Below, piece after piece: positions 11,833 through 24,691 of a DNA stretch of 64,000 nt. Position numbers and translations under genes: made by a program. The stretch comes from Lophium mytilinum (taxonomy: Eukaryota), in assembly GCA_010093605.1 (NCBI GenBank), contig MU004193.1:1630579-1694578 (forward strand), given 5' to 3'. Each line of letters begins with the position of its first letter. The stretch's first letter is position 1. Under the pieces are notes generated by a model that saw nothing but the letters and a program-made list of their open reading frames with translations, made no database searches and was not told the DNA's origin.

Positions 11833-14002
11833 ATGCCCTCTATTGTGCAAGCAATGCGACAACGCTCCGAAGTTGAGCTATCCTCGGCGGAAGAAGCATC
11901 ACAGGTCCGATGCATTCGCCTAGTCTCAAGCAGTACACTGAGTGGGGGAGATACTAGCTAGTAACATCTCACTAGCAGGCTCTCAGGCTAAGGGATTATG
12001 ACCTAGCCCCAATCGACCGGCCCATTTTCGGCCCAATGCCGACATTAATGGGATGCGGGATGATAGAAAGGCTCTTCAGGTGTCACCGGAAGAGTGGTCT
12101 GGCTACGAAAGAGTGAGAATGCTAGCTACCAAGAGCTATGTTTGGTTATTTCCCTTGTAATCTTGATACCTGGCGTCGTGTTACATCTTCGAGCGTCTTT
12201 CCAAGAATCGCATTCGCCATCTTCTATTTGTCCATAGCTCAACAGGCATTTGCATCCCTATCATCTTTAATCAATGAAGACATACATCAGCTCCAATTCT
12301 CTCAGAAAGAGTCATCTGTTTGCGATTTCTTCGACGCCGCCTGTGGAATCTCAGGGAAACATCAGGATTGCCACAATCTGAAGGCCTGTGAGAGTGTGAT
12401 TCAGGCTTGCCTTTGGCGGCTCGTGAGTATCTGCTGGATCTATGATGCTTAGCCAGGCGCTGCTGTTTGACAGTCAAGATCGCTCGCATCTCTCGATCCT
12501 TTGATAATTGGCTACTCTTTTAGGGTGGCTTCGATAGGGCAGCTAGCGCGTCGCAAGCATTCAAATCAAAGCCTCGATCTCGCTATCGAGAACGTTACAT
12601 TTTTTTTCAAACTTCCAAATTGTGTTCAAGGACTCCCTGCAGTGTAAAGGCACTGCACACACATCAGAACCATAGAATTGTGAAACAAGCTGCAGTATGA
12701 TGTGAGTCATCCCTGATCCCATTACATCGTAGTCTGTGAGTGTTTTGATAGGCTTCTAATGAGTTTAGGAGATCCTGAAGACTGATACACCATTGCCAAA
12801 TCTGAAGCTCGTCTAGTCAACGTTGCTGTCGCGAGCCTCAGCTATTTGAGTTAGGGCGTCGACATGGGAGCAGGTGGGGGCGCTGCGGTGGAGACGCGGG
12901 GAACAGTCAAGTACTTGATCAGTTCCTCCATGGTGATGCTAGAAGGTTCGTGTGGGTATGGCTGAATATAGGTGGTGTGTTGGGGGAATGAGCGCAAGAA
13001 GGCCGACGTCAATTGAACGGTTGGGGGACCAAGCGCGGTAAGTCCCCCAAGAGGGTGAACAAAGGTATGATGTTAGGCATTCAAGTACATAAGACTCTTT
13101 ACTTTGGGGATCTACTGTAGAAAGTCTGCCTGAGGGCAATGGTTGCTGGCTTCTATCACTCTCACTCTCGCATACTCTCAAACACCAAAGAATTCTTGAA
13201 AGACTCCTTGAGCCCCCCTGGGCACTAGACAAAGGTTTTCTCTCTGCGTTCGGGCCAATGTTTTTGCTTCCGGAGACCTACGCCCAAATCTCGGTGATAA
13301 TCTCTCTTTTTGTTATTTTGCTGTTCATTCTTACCAATGTCTCGCTTGGGGCCCACCTTAAGCCAAACTTCCCTCGCCCTTGGAATGGTGTCCTCTATCT
13401 ACCTATTCTCGTCCCTTATATAGCTAGTTCGATGGTCCCCCGGTTTTGTTCTGACTTTCTCTCCTCCACTCCGTTGGCTTGCTAAACGTTCTGGAGTGAG
13501 TGGGTACAATAGTTCGGTGTCTAGCGTTTGTCTTCGAACGAAGAGAGGTGTTCAGAGTCTCACAGGGACCCGAAGCAGTGATTTGGGGATGTCACATGTT
13601 TCTGGGAAGACAATTTTCCGGTCGTAGTAAGCCAATATTTGATCGACGTCACAACTGTGTCAAATCTTTAACAACCTCGGTCATGCAAAACCTTTGATTC
13701 ATTTATGGAAAAAAGAGAGGAGCTGCCGTAGCTCATAGAAAAGCCATCGCATTGATCGTGGTGGACCAATGACTCAGCCCATTCATTCATTCCGAAACTC
13801 CAGAAACCCCATTGGCCTCGAGCCCTCTACCATTACACACCATAACCCGCTCGCCGCCATCCACCATCATCGTCGAGGCCAACCCGTGTTGAGATATCCC
13901 ATCACCAACGAGCAACACCTGCGAGCAATAGTCAGTCTAAGCCGAGCAACGACACGCAATCAACATACCTTCGATCAATGCCTAAACGGTCACCTTCGGA
14001 GC

Positions 14003-15100
14003 TCAGCAATCAGCCGCATAGGTCACCGCCGAGGAGCCCGTCGTGATGTTCAGCATGATGAGCTGCTCACGGAGCTCGTCCGCCTCGGTGATCTTGAGCT
14101 TGACGGCAACCTCGAGCGCCTCGCGCTGGGCCTGCACATACTGTAAGCGCAGTGCCGCCCTCTGCCGCTCTGCGCGCCTCTGCTCGGTGTTCAGGTGTTC
14201 GAAACGCGGAACATTCAGGATACGGCCCCAGTCGCGGGACACTTGCGAAGTTGGGGGTGTGTCATGCGGCGTACGGAGCCGGGGCGAGGCATGAGTGCCG
14301 TTGTTGAAGCTGCTGCCGGGGGTAAGAGTGGGGGTAAGAGTAGGGCGGCCGTCCGGGGCAGAGGATGAGGGTACACGGCCATCGTCGAAGCTGCCCTGAG
14401 GGTGGACAGGCGTGCGACGCTCCGGCGCACTCGAGGGCGGCTGGAAGGACGGCGCGCTGAGGGCGACGAAAGACTGCATGCGGGCATCGTTGACGGAGCG
14501 GTCCTCGTCGCTCAGCTTGCGGCGGATGCGGCGCCTGTCGGTCGCATCGGTTATCTCGTTGCCTTGGACTTCATCGCTCAGCTTGTGCTTCGTGCCGTTG
14601 CCATCTCTCTGGTTGAGGGTGGCGGGGTCGGGCATAGGATGAGGAATCGGGGGTCCGTAGACCCGCTGGATCGTGAAGGGCATATCCTCGAGCAGCTCTT
14701 GCTTGATGGCCACATTGCGGGGTCGGGAGTGGTGGGAACGACCGTGGTGAATATTGTCCATACGGGATCTGGAGTCGTGGGCCGCCGCCGGGCCACCACG
14801 CGCCGATCGATGGGAAACGGCAGCCTGTCCTGGATACTCCGCTCCAGCTCTGGCTCCAAGGTCGTCCGAGGAAGAGGACTCGTCCATGGGCTCTTGGGAA
14901 TGATCTGGAGCAGCGCCTGCGATTCCGAGACCGTGCGCTTCCTTGACGGCGGTGGTGAGATTGCGCGGGTGAGCAGCGCCTGTCTTGTCCAAAGACGCGC
15001 TCATCATTGACAGTTGGGAACGGGAAGGGGAAGCATTCATTGTGTCCAGGTACTGCTCAGATTCCGAACCTGAAGATGAGGAAGCAGTCCGCTGGGTCAT
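14003..15100 (-). CDS. Hypothetical low-complexity S/P/R-rich protein with C-terminal coiled coil (365 aa)
   Basis: Long ATG-initiated ORF with GC-rich coding-like composition and a heptad-like EQRRAERQRAALRLQYVQAQREALE segment. No family recognised. Confidence 0.65.
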   Translation of the reverse strand: MTQRTASSSSGSESEQYLDTMNASPSRSQLSMMSASLDKTGAAHPRNLTTAVKEAHGLGIAGAAPDHSQEPMDESSSSDDLGARAGAEYPGQAAVSHRSARGGPAAAHDSRSRMDNIHHGRSHHSRPRNVAIKQELLEDMPFTIQRVYGPPIPHPMPDPATLNQRDGNGTKHKLSDEVQGNEITDATDRRRIRRKLSDEDRSVNDARMQSFVALSAPSFQPPSSAPERRTPVHPQGSFDDGRVPSSSAPDGRPTLTPTLTPGSSFNNGTHASPRLRTPHDTPPTSQVSRDWGRILNVPRFEHLNTEQRRAERQRAALRLQYVQAQREALEVAVKLKITEADELREQLIMLNITTGSSAVTYAADC

Positions 15101-16090
15101 GATTGAGGAGAGATGTAGTGGTCGTAGGTAAAGAAAGAGGTGGAGTGGAAAGAGTGTGGAGGTGGTTCATGGCTTTGTTATATACATACGCTGACGGTCC
15201 GTCAAGTTCCCCTCACCGTATCCCTCAACGCTGTACCGAAAAGTCGTATGATCGCGGCTTCATTGTCCGCTGTTGGCCGCAGAGGCCCGAGAAGAACTCT
15301 AAGTCAGGTGGCCTCAAAAGGCCGAGAAATCCGACAAACTACCTCACGACAGAGCACTGGAATTCAGGGGAAGGGAAACAGGTAAGTGAGAAGAGTGAGC
15401 TTCCGCAGTCTGTTTTGTCGCTGCACTATAACTCTTCAAAGTTTCCAAAGCAGCCGATCTCCAAGCCGATACGCCTGCGATTCTCGATTTATGACATAAG
15501 AGTTGCACGCGAGGAGTGAATCGATACCATCTATCAGGACTTTTCCTATGCAACCCGAAGCGTGTGCACATGGCTTACGACACATGAACGCCCGCTAAGC
15601 TGATACTTGATAGCGAGTCTCTACCTTGAACCCCGTTCAACCTGACCTCCACCTTCTTTGTCGATACCACCATCCATAAACCCATTTCTCACTCCAAACC
15701 TGGCATCAAACCAGACTCAGAGCGTCACTACATCTAGAAGAGTTGCCCGACCAGCTCTATCACGCGTGACGACGAAGAACGTCTACGCCGGCATCGCGGC
15801 TTCACGTGTCTATTCACCCGTGACCGCTCACCGACGGCTTTGGTCGTCTTCTCAAAAGTGGAGGCTCATCACGCGACCGTCAGACACAGTACCCTCTCTT
15901 CGTCAACACATCATTCACCTTACCCGCGGTCGGGTTCGTCTACGTTCTCGCCCGCCACTGCGATCGGCTTTGCGAGGGCCTGGGTATGCGCCTCCAATTC
16001 AAGCCGCACTGAAGCACGTCTGAAGCCGCACATAGCAAAGCGATCCCAAAAAGCTGCACATTGACCTGACATCCCCATCTGACTGCATCT

Positions 16091-17287
16091 ATGGCTTCTC
16101 GGAACTCGGGCGGGGGCTCTGCAGCACCGCAGCCAGCGTCAATGACTGAACTTCGAGAACCTCTTCGTAATGCCCAGGCTCAGGCTGGCATTGCCGAAAC
16201 CCTGAATGCAGAGCTGAGGCAGCGGGTTGAAGCTCTCGAATCGGATCTGAATCTAGCAAGATACCGTGCCACACTTGCTGAGGAGAGATACAAAGCCCAC
16301 ATCCGGCGGGACGTTGAGCGCTTTCATCGGCATGCCGCTCGTCTTAGCAATAGGCGAAAGCGCAACATGACTGCTGTGAAGGAGGAGCTTGAGAAGCGCG
16401 TCAAGAAGGTTGAAGAGGAACGCGACTTAGCAAAGAAAGCTGCCGGCGATACGGAAGAGCTCAGGAAGCGGGTGGAGAAGGTTGAGATGGAGCGGAATCT
16501 TGCGATGAAGACTGTGGAGGACATGGCGGAAAAAGCCGCGAATGACTCGGAAGATCTCAGGAAGCGTGTGGAGAAGGCTGAGATGGAGCGCGACCTGGCA
16601 ATGAAAACGGGGAAGGACTTGGCGGAAACATCCGCGCACGAGATGGAAGATCTCAAGAAGCGTGGGGAGAAGGCTGAGAGAGAGCGAGACGATGCGTTGA
16701 AAATGGTGAAGGACTTAGAAGATGCGCAGAACAAGTTGCAAGCCCAGCCGAATCAAGTCTTGGAGTCCGCTGGGAATGCACTTGTGAAGAACCCGGAAGA
16801 GCAGCCACAAGACGTGGTCGAGCTGAAGGCAAAGCTTGAGGGCCTTCGGGTGACGCTCAAGCGTGTTAGGAAGGAGCGGGATACAGCCCAAAGCGTATCA
16901 AGAATCAAAGGGAGAGAACATGCCAAGTTGAAGCAGGCCTGGGATCAGGAGCGGATTGCGTTGAACAAGTCAGGGGATACATTGACGGCAAAAATCGTGA
17001 CAATCGAAATGGAGCGAGATTTGGCAAGGGAGAGTACGGAGAATCCTGGAGAATCGCGTGGTGATATGGAGCTACGCTGGGAGACGCAGCACCACATAGC
17101 CATTGCGAGAAGTAAGCGGGTGTCGGAGGCACAAACCCTCGAACAGAATATTGCCGACACATGCAAGACACTGCTAGGACCTGGAGTGTTGCAAGGCTCA
17201 AATCTCGCGCGATATCGGCGCCGGAATGTGGATATCTGCTGCGACACCATTAGGAGCTTCTTGGTCAATTATCGGCTGAAGATTTGA
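16091..17287 (+). CDS. Hypothetical coiled-coil protein with internal ~32-aa repeats (398 aa)
   Basis: Single ORF, E/K/R-rich, with four imperfect (E/D)L.KRV.K.E.ERD.A.K repeats at ~16381-16720. Confidence 0.7.
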   Translation: MASRNSGGGSAAPQPASMTELREPLRNAQAQAGIAETLNAELRQRVEALESDLNLARYRATLAEERYKAHIRRDVERFHRHAARLSNRRKRNMTAVKEELEKRVKKVEEERDLAKKAAGDTEELRKRVEKVEMERNLAMKTVEDMAEKAANDSEDLRKRVEKAEMERDLAMKTGKDLAETSAHEMEDLKKRGEKAERERDDALKMVKDLEDAQNKLQAQPNQVLESAGNALVKNPEEQPQDVVELKAKLEGLRVTLKRVRKERDTAQSVSRIKGREHAKLKQAWDQERIALNKSGDTLTAKIVTIEMERDLARESTENPGESRGDMELRWETQHHIAIARSKRVSEAQTLEQNIADTCKTLLGPGVLQGSNLARYRRRNVDICCDTIRSFLVNYRLKI

Positions 17288-17904
17288 CTCGTGAGTCACG
17301 GCCTCAACTTTTGCCAGGGGGCTTGAGGTTGCTAGGAACGTTATGGAGCGACGGAAAAGTTTTTATCTCACTCTTCACTTTATTTGCTTTCGCGGACATG
17401 CCTTACCGATGGGATTACTCTGCTCTTTTGCAATATAGAAGCCTTCGGTCATCATTGCACCATATTCCTGCTAAAGCCTCGACCAATGCGTTCCGGCGAA
17501 TGTCTCTTCGGTTTCTATTTGGAAATATGATCTTTTCCACTTCTCTACACTTATGCTTCATCATAAATAGTTCAATATCTTTCTACTAATTTCTAAATAA
17601 CATCGATGCATGCCCAACATTCTCCGGGAAATCAAGGTTTATCATTACTAACACTAATTGAGCTTTGTTTGCTGTCTCATACCGAGCTTTCGAGGAGTTG
17701 GTGCAGCAGTACCCAGCGCTTTCTACCCCCTCATGGATTCCATGCCGGGTGAATCTCTGTGCGATTCCGTTTGCCCTCCGTAGCAATAACTCAGTTCCGT
17801 TCCAGCCTACGCATACAGTGCTAGGTCCTAAGTTTGGGCATCTCGGATGCACGACTGCCATAGCTTTGCTCTTACTCTTCAGACATCACTGGAAGGAGGG
17901 CCCT

Positions 17905-17955
17905 AGGTATCACGTCTCTGATTATATAAAATGAGGTATCACGTCTCTGATTATA
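17905..17955. repeat. 22-bp direct repeat x2 (aggtatcacgtctctgattata)
   Basis: Identical copies at 17905-17926 and 17934-17955. Confidence 0.85.
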
Positions 17956-18301
17956 CAACATGACGTGTTTTGTTCACTGACTTGACCTGTATATCATACT
18001 TGGAGACTTAAAAGCCTATCCGGGCACCCCAAGCAGTTGCAAGGAGTGCCCAGACTTATGTCTTGGTACTCTATCTGACGTTCTCTAAGTTCTTCAAGCC
18101 TAGGCATAAGTACTTGAGGTAGTGGGATATGGGAATATGCATGAGTTGCTTACCGCTCTATCAAGAAGTAGGATCGCTGGATAATTTGTTGAGATTGTCT
18201 TCTTGCAAGACTGCTGTCGAGCTGCCCTATATGCTAGCAATTTCACGACCATTCGCTCCCAGCTCCCTAAATATCAACCCAACTCCCTCGCCCCAAACGA
18301 C

Positions 18302-19396
18302 TCAGTACCCTTCCGTATCGAACAATGCCGCCTCATCATCGACCTGCGCCGCATCTCCACCTCCCGGCTCAGCTGGAGCCGGGGCCTGATCCCACCACGT
18401 TACTACTTCCCACTTAGCATGTTACACTCTCCCCCGAATGTGTTTCGTTCTCATACCTTCTTTCATCTCCCTCTCCCTTTCCCTCGCCCTTGGCTTCAAC
18501 ACAAGTCCTTTCAGATCTGCCGGAATCTCCGCTTTGAGGCGCTCATACGCGCCGTCCGCAACCGTTCTCGAAGCTTTCTTCCCGGAAATGACGAGGCGAC
18601 CGAGGGCGAGTAAAGCATCTCGCGGCAACTTGCCTCCGACCCGCTCTGGTGTTGTCGTATTTGGAACTTGTTGGAGATTCGGTGGTGAGTTTTCGCCGTA
18701 GGCATCCAGAGCTGGTGCCTCCTGCTCCTGCTCCAACTCTGCGTCTTTGTGCGGGTTCCGCAACTTCGGCTCTTTCACCACCCTTCTCCTAGACTCAACT
18801 CCACCACGACGACGGCGGCGATACACAGGACGTCTACCGTCGGTGTCAGAGTCGAACGCCTCCTGTAACGCGGCCGCTAGCTGGTCCGGCGCAACCCCAG
18901 CCAGCATTTGGGACGCTCTTTCGTCAACTTCTTTACGGAGGAGGCGTAGGCGTTCCTCAGCCGCTACCGATAATGCGTGCACGTTTTCGTCCTCAACCCT
19001 AATTGCGCTATGGAGAGGGAACCCCGGCGGCGGGAGGAGGCCTGGTCGTACATTTACAGTGTAAGTGACGGGGATCAAACCGTGGAATTCAGCTAGGCTC
19101 GGAAGCGGGATGGATGGCTCCTCCCAGGGATACTCTGATGGGATAGAGAAGCTTAATCTTTTGATCCTGTCGCGCTTAGGAGGAGACTGTTGATAATGAC
19201 GCCCTGGAGCGGCGGACTTCATGATAGACGGAACTCGCTCCGGTCGGTGACCGTTATCGAATGGGTTTCTGAAGAAAGGTGGGATGAAAGGATATGGTGT
19301 GAAACCATTTGGAAAGAACGGTTCTGGGGTGGAAGGTGTGGCTGGTGGGGAAGTGGCGTTGCTCGCGCTGGTCTGAGCTTGCAGGTGGTTGTCCAT
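18302..19396 (-). CDS. Hypothetical Pro-rich protein (2 exons)
   Basis: Long ORF 19396-18457, then predicted intron 18456-18403 (GTATGA..GCTAAG..TAG, phase 1), then terminal exon VTWWDQAPAPAEPGGG...DTEGY* ending at 18302. Confidence 0.6.
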
Positions 19397-19784
19397 CGAG
19401 GTGAGAAGTTGTGTGTGGCTTCAGTCTTAAGTTGATGTTGGTGAAGAGTGAGTTCGAGAAGGCCTACCAAACAATCGTTTCAATGGAATAAGATTGGCGT
19501 GTTGCCAATTCGTGATTCCAAGGTTGAGGTGTGGTTGATTCCACGGTTCCATCTTATGACCCCTCAACCGCTCACGTGTCCTAAAGGTTGATTTAACCTT
19601 TCTCATGGCGGGGCCCTCCTCGACATATTTTGGGTGTTGCTCAATAGCTTGAAGTCTTCAGTCGCTCTGTCTGCCACCATCACTCCTCAAGGTATGTCTC
19701 TGTGACCGTGGCGGTCTCCTAGTGCCTTTGTCTTCAAGCAAGGAGTGAAACCAGGAGTGAATGGGCCTTTTCATCGGGGCATGC

Positions 19785-21222
19785 TCATACTAACACTGCG
19801 GGTCGCGGAAACGAAAGTCCGCACCGCATCTTTGGGTAACGCAGCATCTCCATAATCTTCTTGTCGTCCGAGTGGTATTTCTCCAAGTACAAGCAAGTCG
19901 CTTGACACTCTAGTCTCGCCCGTCGTTTCATCCACCACATAGCATCGACGACCATTCCATACCAGTAAGCTAGCATTGTCAACGCGCGCGGGCTGTTGCT
20001 GTTAGCGTCAATCCAGATTCGTTTCTGCGAGTTATTGAACTCACTCTTTCAGTCCTAGTAGTCTCTTGTACTCTGGCGTCATGTGCATTATGAACGCGAG
20101 ATACCTGATGAACGTAACACGATTGTAAGTGTCCCTAAGAAGCTGCGACAATATATGCAACGAATGATAGTACGGACAGGACTCGTTTGACGAGGAAGGG
20201 GTTAACTCGAAAAGATCCACAAACGTTCGAGGGATACCCTCGATTCCGTGTTCCGGTATGTGGCTAAGGTAGGTAGTCAAATACTCATCCCTGATAGCAT
20301 AGAACATGCTTCCATATCTCAAGGGGTCTGTAAGTTTATATATCGCGTGCTTCAGTTCCGTCATCCGCAGCCATTCGAGGTCATCCGGGTCTGAGGGTTT
20401 GAGTGGCCACGACTCTGCCGGAACAGATGCATCAGTGTAGGCGAAGGCGCTGACGCCTAATAGAATAGCGGTCGACCAGATAGCATCGCGCTCTGTCTCC
20501 TTTAGAGGTGCGGATAAGGCCTTGTTGAAATGGGCTGCAGCGTGAGACATGTGGTATGCCTCTATCATGGATCGCTTAGCAGGCTTGTCAGAAAAGTGGC
20601 GATCTTCAATCGCGGTGACGGTTTGGACAGCGTGCATTAGGTACGGTCTCTAAAGAAAGAGTGAGTCGGTAATTCCACCAACAGCGTTCGAGGGCGTACC
20701 GATAGAGCCATTGGGATTAGCTCGGACTGGAATATCTTCGAGCATCGTGCAGTTCCCACGGACAGCACTGTTCTCATCTGGAAACGCGCGATGCGATCTC
20801 TGCTTGCCTTGTCAAGCTGCAAGACCGACTCTTTGAAGAAGTCCAGGTCCGGGTAAAGAAAGTCGGGCAATGGATAATCGGCAAAGCTGAACTGTTTGGT
20901 CTGGGGTTCGTGGACGGTTACTTCCGAAAATCCATCAAAGGAAACAGAAACACCAGCAAATGACATGTCAAGGTCTCCGGCACGTTTGCTCATGTCATAA
21001 TTACAGGAAGCCCCAAAGTCAATGCATTTCTTGCATTTCGGTGTGGCCTCGTCGCACTGGAAGAGACGTTAGCCTTTCCTTCTTTCGTATTCTCGTATGC
21101 CTCCCGAATTCGGTTACCTTTACTCTACGAAGCTTGCAATTCCGGCATCCTCGACGTGACTTCTTGTGGGGCTTACGTTTGCGGCTTGGGTCGATGCCTG
21201 TAAGGCGGGCTGCCGCTGGCAT
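19785..21222 (-). CDS. Zn2Cys6 binuclear-cluster transcription factor (UPC2-like/C6 finger type, 4 exons)
   Basis: RKPHKKSRRGCRNCKLRRVK|CDEATPKCKKC..C cluster. Introns 21117-21057, 20699-20650 and 20044-19993 are all GT..AG and restore the frame through PYLMHAV... and DPRALTMLAYWY...WW. Confidence 0.9.
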
Positions 21223-21829
21223 GGTGTGCAATGGAGGTCTCGGATTGGGAGTGAAAGGGCGAGGTCTGAGCAGGAAGATGTCGAGATGGGCGTAAGGGAG
21301 TTTAGCATACGAACTAAGTCCGATACGCTAACTCCTACTCGTATTCGACATTGGTCTAACCACGATTCGTATCCAAAATGCGCCAAGCCTCGTCTCGTGT
21401 TTCGACGTCGGTTTGTTCCGACCAGACAGCTGCTTCGACTTTGTTCATCTTTATATAAATGCACTGCGCATGCCACTTCTCGCATATATGTGTTGGAGGA
21501 TGTGGATTTAACGGTCTTAATGCGCTTCGGACTGGAAATGTCCCGATACTTGTATTCTGGCCCGTCTTCGGATTCTTGAACACAGCTTCCTCCGATCATA
21601 CATACTGGCCACTTCAGCATCGGGTATACTGCATCCTCCGATACATGCCGTATTCAACACGTAGAGTCTATGTGATATACCACCCTATAGTACTCCTGTC
21701 CAGAGCTCTGGAGCATCTCATGCCTCATCGACTCAGGCTAAGATGTGAGATATTCATGGATCGATTGAGCCATTGCAATACTTTGAACTGAAGAAGCTGA
21801 ATGAAGAGTATATTTCATTTACTTTCGTA

Positions 21830-23077
21830 TTAAAGATGTTTCCACCCGTCATTCCCCACTAGAACCTGCATTTCATTGATTAAGCAGTGAGCTCCGACCT
21901 CTCTATTCGCTAACCCATCAACCGATGTCTGTCCGTGCCACCGCTTCAGTCTCCAGGCAACAACGACGTTCTCTATTATGCGTTGCGGCATGCCAAGTAA
22001 CCACACCAATCGGAGCTTCCAGATCCCCCGGAAGCGTTCTCGGGATGAAATCCACCCAGAAGGAGCATTCACAGTCGTGTATGCATCCGCATTGTAGCCC
22101 ACTCTGACATTTGGGTTCAGAAAGACCCCTTTCGAGGCGCTCAGAGGATTATCTGCATGCACGAGACAACACTCCGAGCCTTCCAAGTGCAGTTCAGCCA
22201 GACCGTCAGGGATGCCTCGGAATCTGAGCGGTGTATTATTGTAGAAAGGTGTTGCATCCATGGCGACCATGCCATTCCAGCACGATTGAACGGGAATAGG
22301 GTCGTTCAGACGAAGAGCGTGTTGTGAGGTGCTAGACAAAAAGTACGGCCACGTCTGCGTGAGTGTCTTCGCGCCAGAGATATCACGCAGAGCAAAGGTG
22401 TCGTAGTAGAGCGGCGGCTTGGAAAAATCGAAGCTGCATGTTGACGCATACTCGCCCGCATTTGTAGACAGAAGCGTAAGGACGTCTTGAGTCGTGAAGA
22501 CCACATCATTAAGCCAGAGCACTTTGTCGAAGCGTCCCAGACCATCTGCAAGCGCTCTGTCCATTTCTTGCATCACTCTATTCCGCACGCTCGCCAAGTA
22601 CGGAATCCGTCGGAGCTCCTTCTTCCCCCGAGATGTCTGTATCCAGCCTGGCTCACTGGGAGACGGTGTTCGCGAGATTTGATCCTCGTGTGTGATGTTC
22701 TCCATCATGAATGAGCGGGGAACGTGTAGTTGTGCCAACTGGAAATCCAATTCTTGGAGTGCTCCGATGGTGTTATCCACACTTTTGCTTCCGATCAACG
22801 ATATGTATACGTTATCTGGACCCAGATGCTTCACTAAGTCCACCACCGCCTTGTTCCAGTGTGACCTTAATATCCTCTCGTTGTACCAATGTATGCTCGC
22901 AATGAATATCCGTCCATGATTCGAAGGGCTCGAAGGAGCCGGGTCACGTTGAGGTGGTGGGACGGAACGCGTCAAGAGCAGGGTGTCTAAGGCCAAATAC
23001 AATGCTATAGCTAGGAAGAGGAGCCTGAGAAGGGTTCGCTTGGAGCGACGACTAGGGTGGTGGAGTTGGTAAATCAT
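21830..23077 (-). CDS. CAP59/CMT1-like glycosyltransferase family 69 (alpha-1,3-mannosyltransferase-type), type II membrane protein
   Basis: N-terminal TM anchor and motifs RRIPYLASVRN, LWLNDV, YDTFALRD, SCWNGM, EGSECCLVHAD, NPNVRVGY. First in-frame ATG is at 23077. Confidence 0.88.
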   Translation of the reverse strand: MIYQLHHPSRRSKRTLLRLLFLAIALYLALDTLLLTRSVPPPQRDPAPSSPSNHGRIFIASIHWYNERILRSHWNKAVVDLVKHLGPDNVYISLIGSKSVDNTIGALQELDFQLAQLHVPRSFMMENITHEDQISRTPSPSEPGWIQTSRGKKELRRIPYLASVRNRVMQEMDRALADGLGRFDKVLWLNDVVFTTQDVLTLLSTNAGEYASTCSFDFSKPPLYYDTFALRDISGAKTLTQTWPYFLSSTSQHALRLNDPIPVQSCWNGMVAMDATPFYNNTPLRFRGIPDGLAELHLEGSECCLVHADNPLSASKGVFLNPNVRVGYNADAYTTVNAPSGWISSRERFRGIWKLRLVWLLGMPQRIIENVVVAWRLKRWHGQTSVDGLANREVGAHCLINEMQVLVGNDGWKHL

Positions 23078-23843
23078 GTTTGGATACTCTGTGCGTTGTA
23101 CCAGAGGTTTGAACTCATTGCGCAATGGAAGACTGTAGATAGGAATGAGTTCGGTGGAAGAAGAGCTGCAGTGATGGTACTGTATTCAATCAATTAGCTA
23201 TGAAAGTACTAGGTAGATGGTATTATAATATGGGCGGGTACTTGCGTTGTTCAATGTTTGGTTTGTGATTTCGTATCTCTGCTCGTAAGAACTAGCTACG
23301 GGGACAATGCGCCTGGACCGTCATGATCGACCTCACAGTCTATCAATACGCCTAATATATGTGATGAGAATTGAAGCAAGTGATGAAATTCAAGGTGACG
23401 AGGCATGACAGGAGTTGGGGCTAGACGTATTCATAGCGTGAGCCGAGCCTTCTCGGCGACCGCAACTCGGCAGACTTGCCAAGCAGAAGCTAGAACGATT
23501 GCTCAGACTAGGGATTGCGGGGTACGGGTATCTGGTATCGTGACGACGTGGTTCTTTCCGTGATAGGTGATGAGGCTACGAAGTGCGGAGATGCGTAAGA
23601 TGCTGCAGGTGGTAATAATCTTGAGAGCTTCAAGGGTTTCTTATCTTCACGGAAAGACTATCTCCACGTGGTCATGTTCACGTCTTCGCGGAAACCTTCG
23701 AGAAGAACATAGAACATGGCTATGTTTAATTAGAGAATCAATGGAATGGAGAGCAGCAGTCTAGCGATGCATCTACAAATCTCATCCCTCCAAAGAGCAC
23801 TAAAAAGTTCATCCATTACATCTCCCCCGGCCTCACAAACACC

Positions 23844-24691
23844 CTACATAATCAAAGCCCCCCCATTCGTACTAATCACACTTCCTGTGCAATTCTCATC
23901 CCTCAGCGCCCCCAAAAAGCTCTCCACCACGTCCTCCACCCGCCCCACCTTCCCCGTCGCCAACCGCTTCTCATAACTCTCAAACATAGCTTTCTTCTCC
24001 GCCTCCCCCATCGTCCACAGGGCTGTATCCACCGCCCCAGGACTCACCGTATTCACCCGCACCGGCCGCATATCCAGCGCCAGCCCACGCGCGATCGTAT
24101 GGTGCCCGCCCGCGTACGCGCCCACGACCGCCCACCCGGGCATCGGCTTCTGCGACACGGCGCCGGTCGTAATGGTATACGAGCTCCTGGAGGACTTGTG
24201 CAGGGCGAGGGCCGCTTCGCGCGCGACGAGGAGTGGCGCGTTGAAGCGCACCATGCCTGCTTGCTGGATGTACTCGAGCGTGATCTCGGCGAGGGGTTTG
24301 ATGGCGAGCGCGTCGCCGGCGGTGAAGACGACGTGGTCGAGTTTTTCGCTGCCGGAGGCGGTTGCGGCGGCGAAGAGGGATACGATGTTCGCGTCAAGCG
24401 TCTGAGCGTCGGCGAGATTGCAGGCGTGGCCGGTGATGCGGGTGGAGGCGCTGGGGTAGGCGGATTGGAGGGCGGAGATGGCCGAGTTGATGCGCGTGGG
24501 GTTGCTGGAGGAGATGATTACTGTGGCGCCGAATTCGAGGCAGGCTTCTGCGAGGCCTGCACGGGGTTAGCACGAGGGTGATGGGGCTTGGGGAAAAGAG
24601 GATGTGTACCATAGCCAATTCCGCTGCTGCCGCCGATGATGAGGATGCGGGCGCCATGAAGCTTGTTGGCGTACTTGACTTGGTCTGACAT
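23844..24691 (-). CDS. Short-chain dehydrogenase/reductase (atypical SDR, 2 exons)
   Basis: ILIIGGSSGIGY|G Rossmann motif across intron 24609-24557; later RVNTVSPGAVDTALW and TGSVISTNGG. Confidence 0.9.

Noticed and set aside
14402..15010. Long antisense ORFs over real genes (e.g. 14402-15010, 54886-55554, 60092-60601)
   Set aside because: Shadow frames arising from GC-rich codon usage of the opposite-strand gene.
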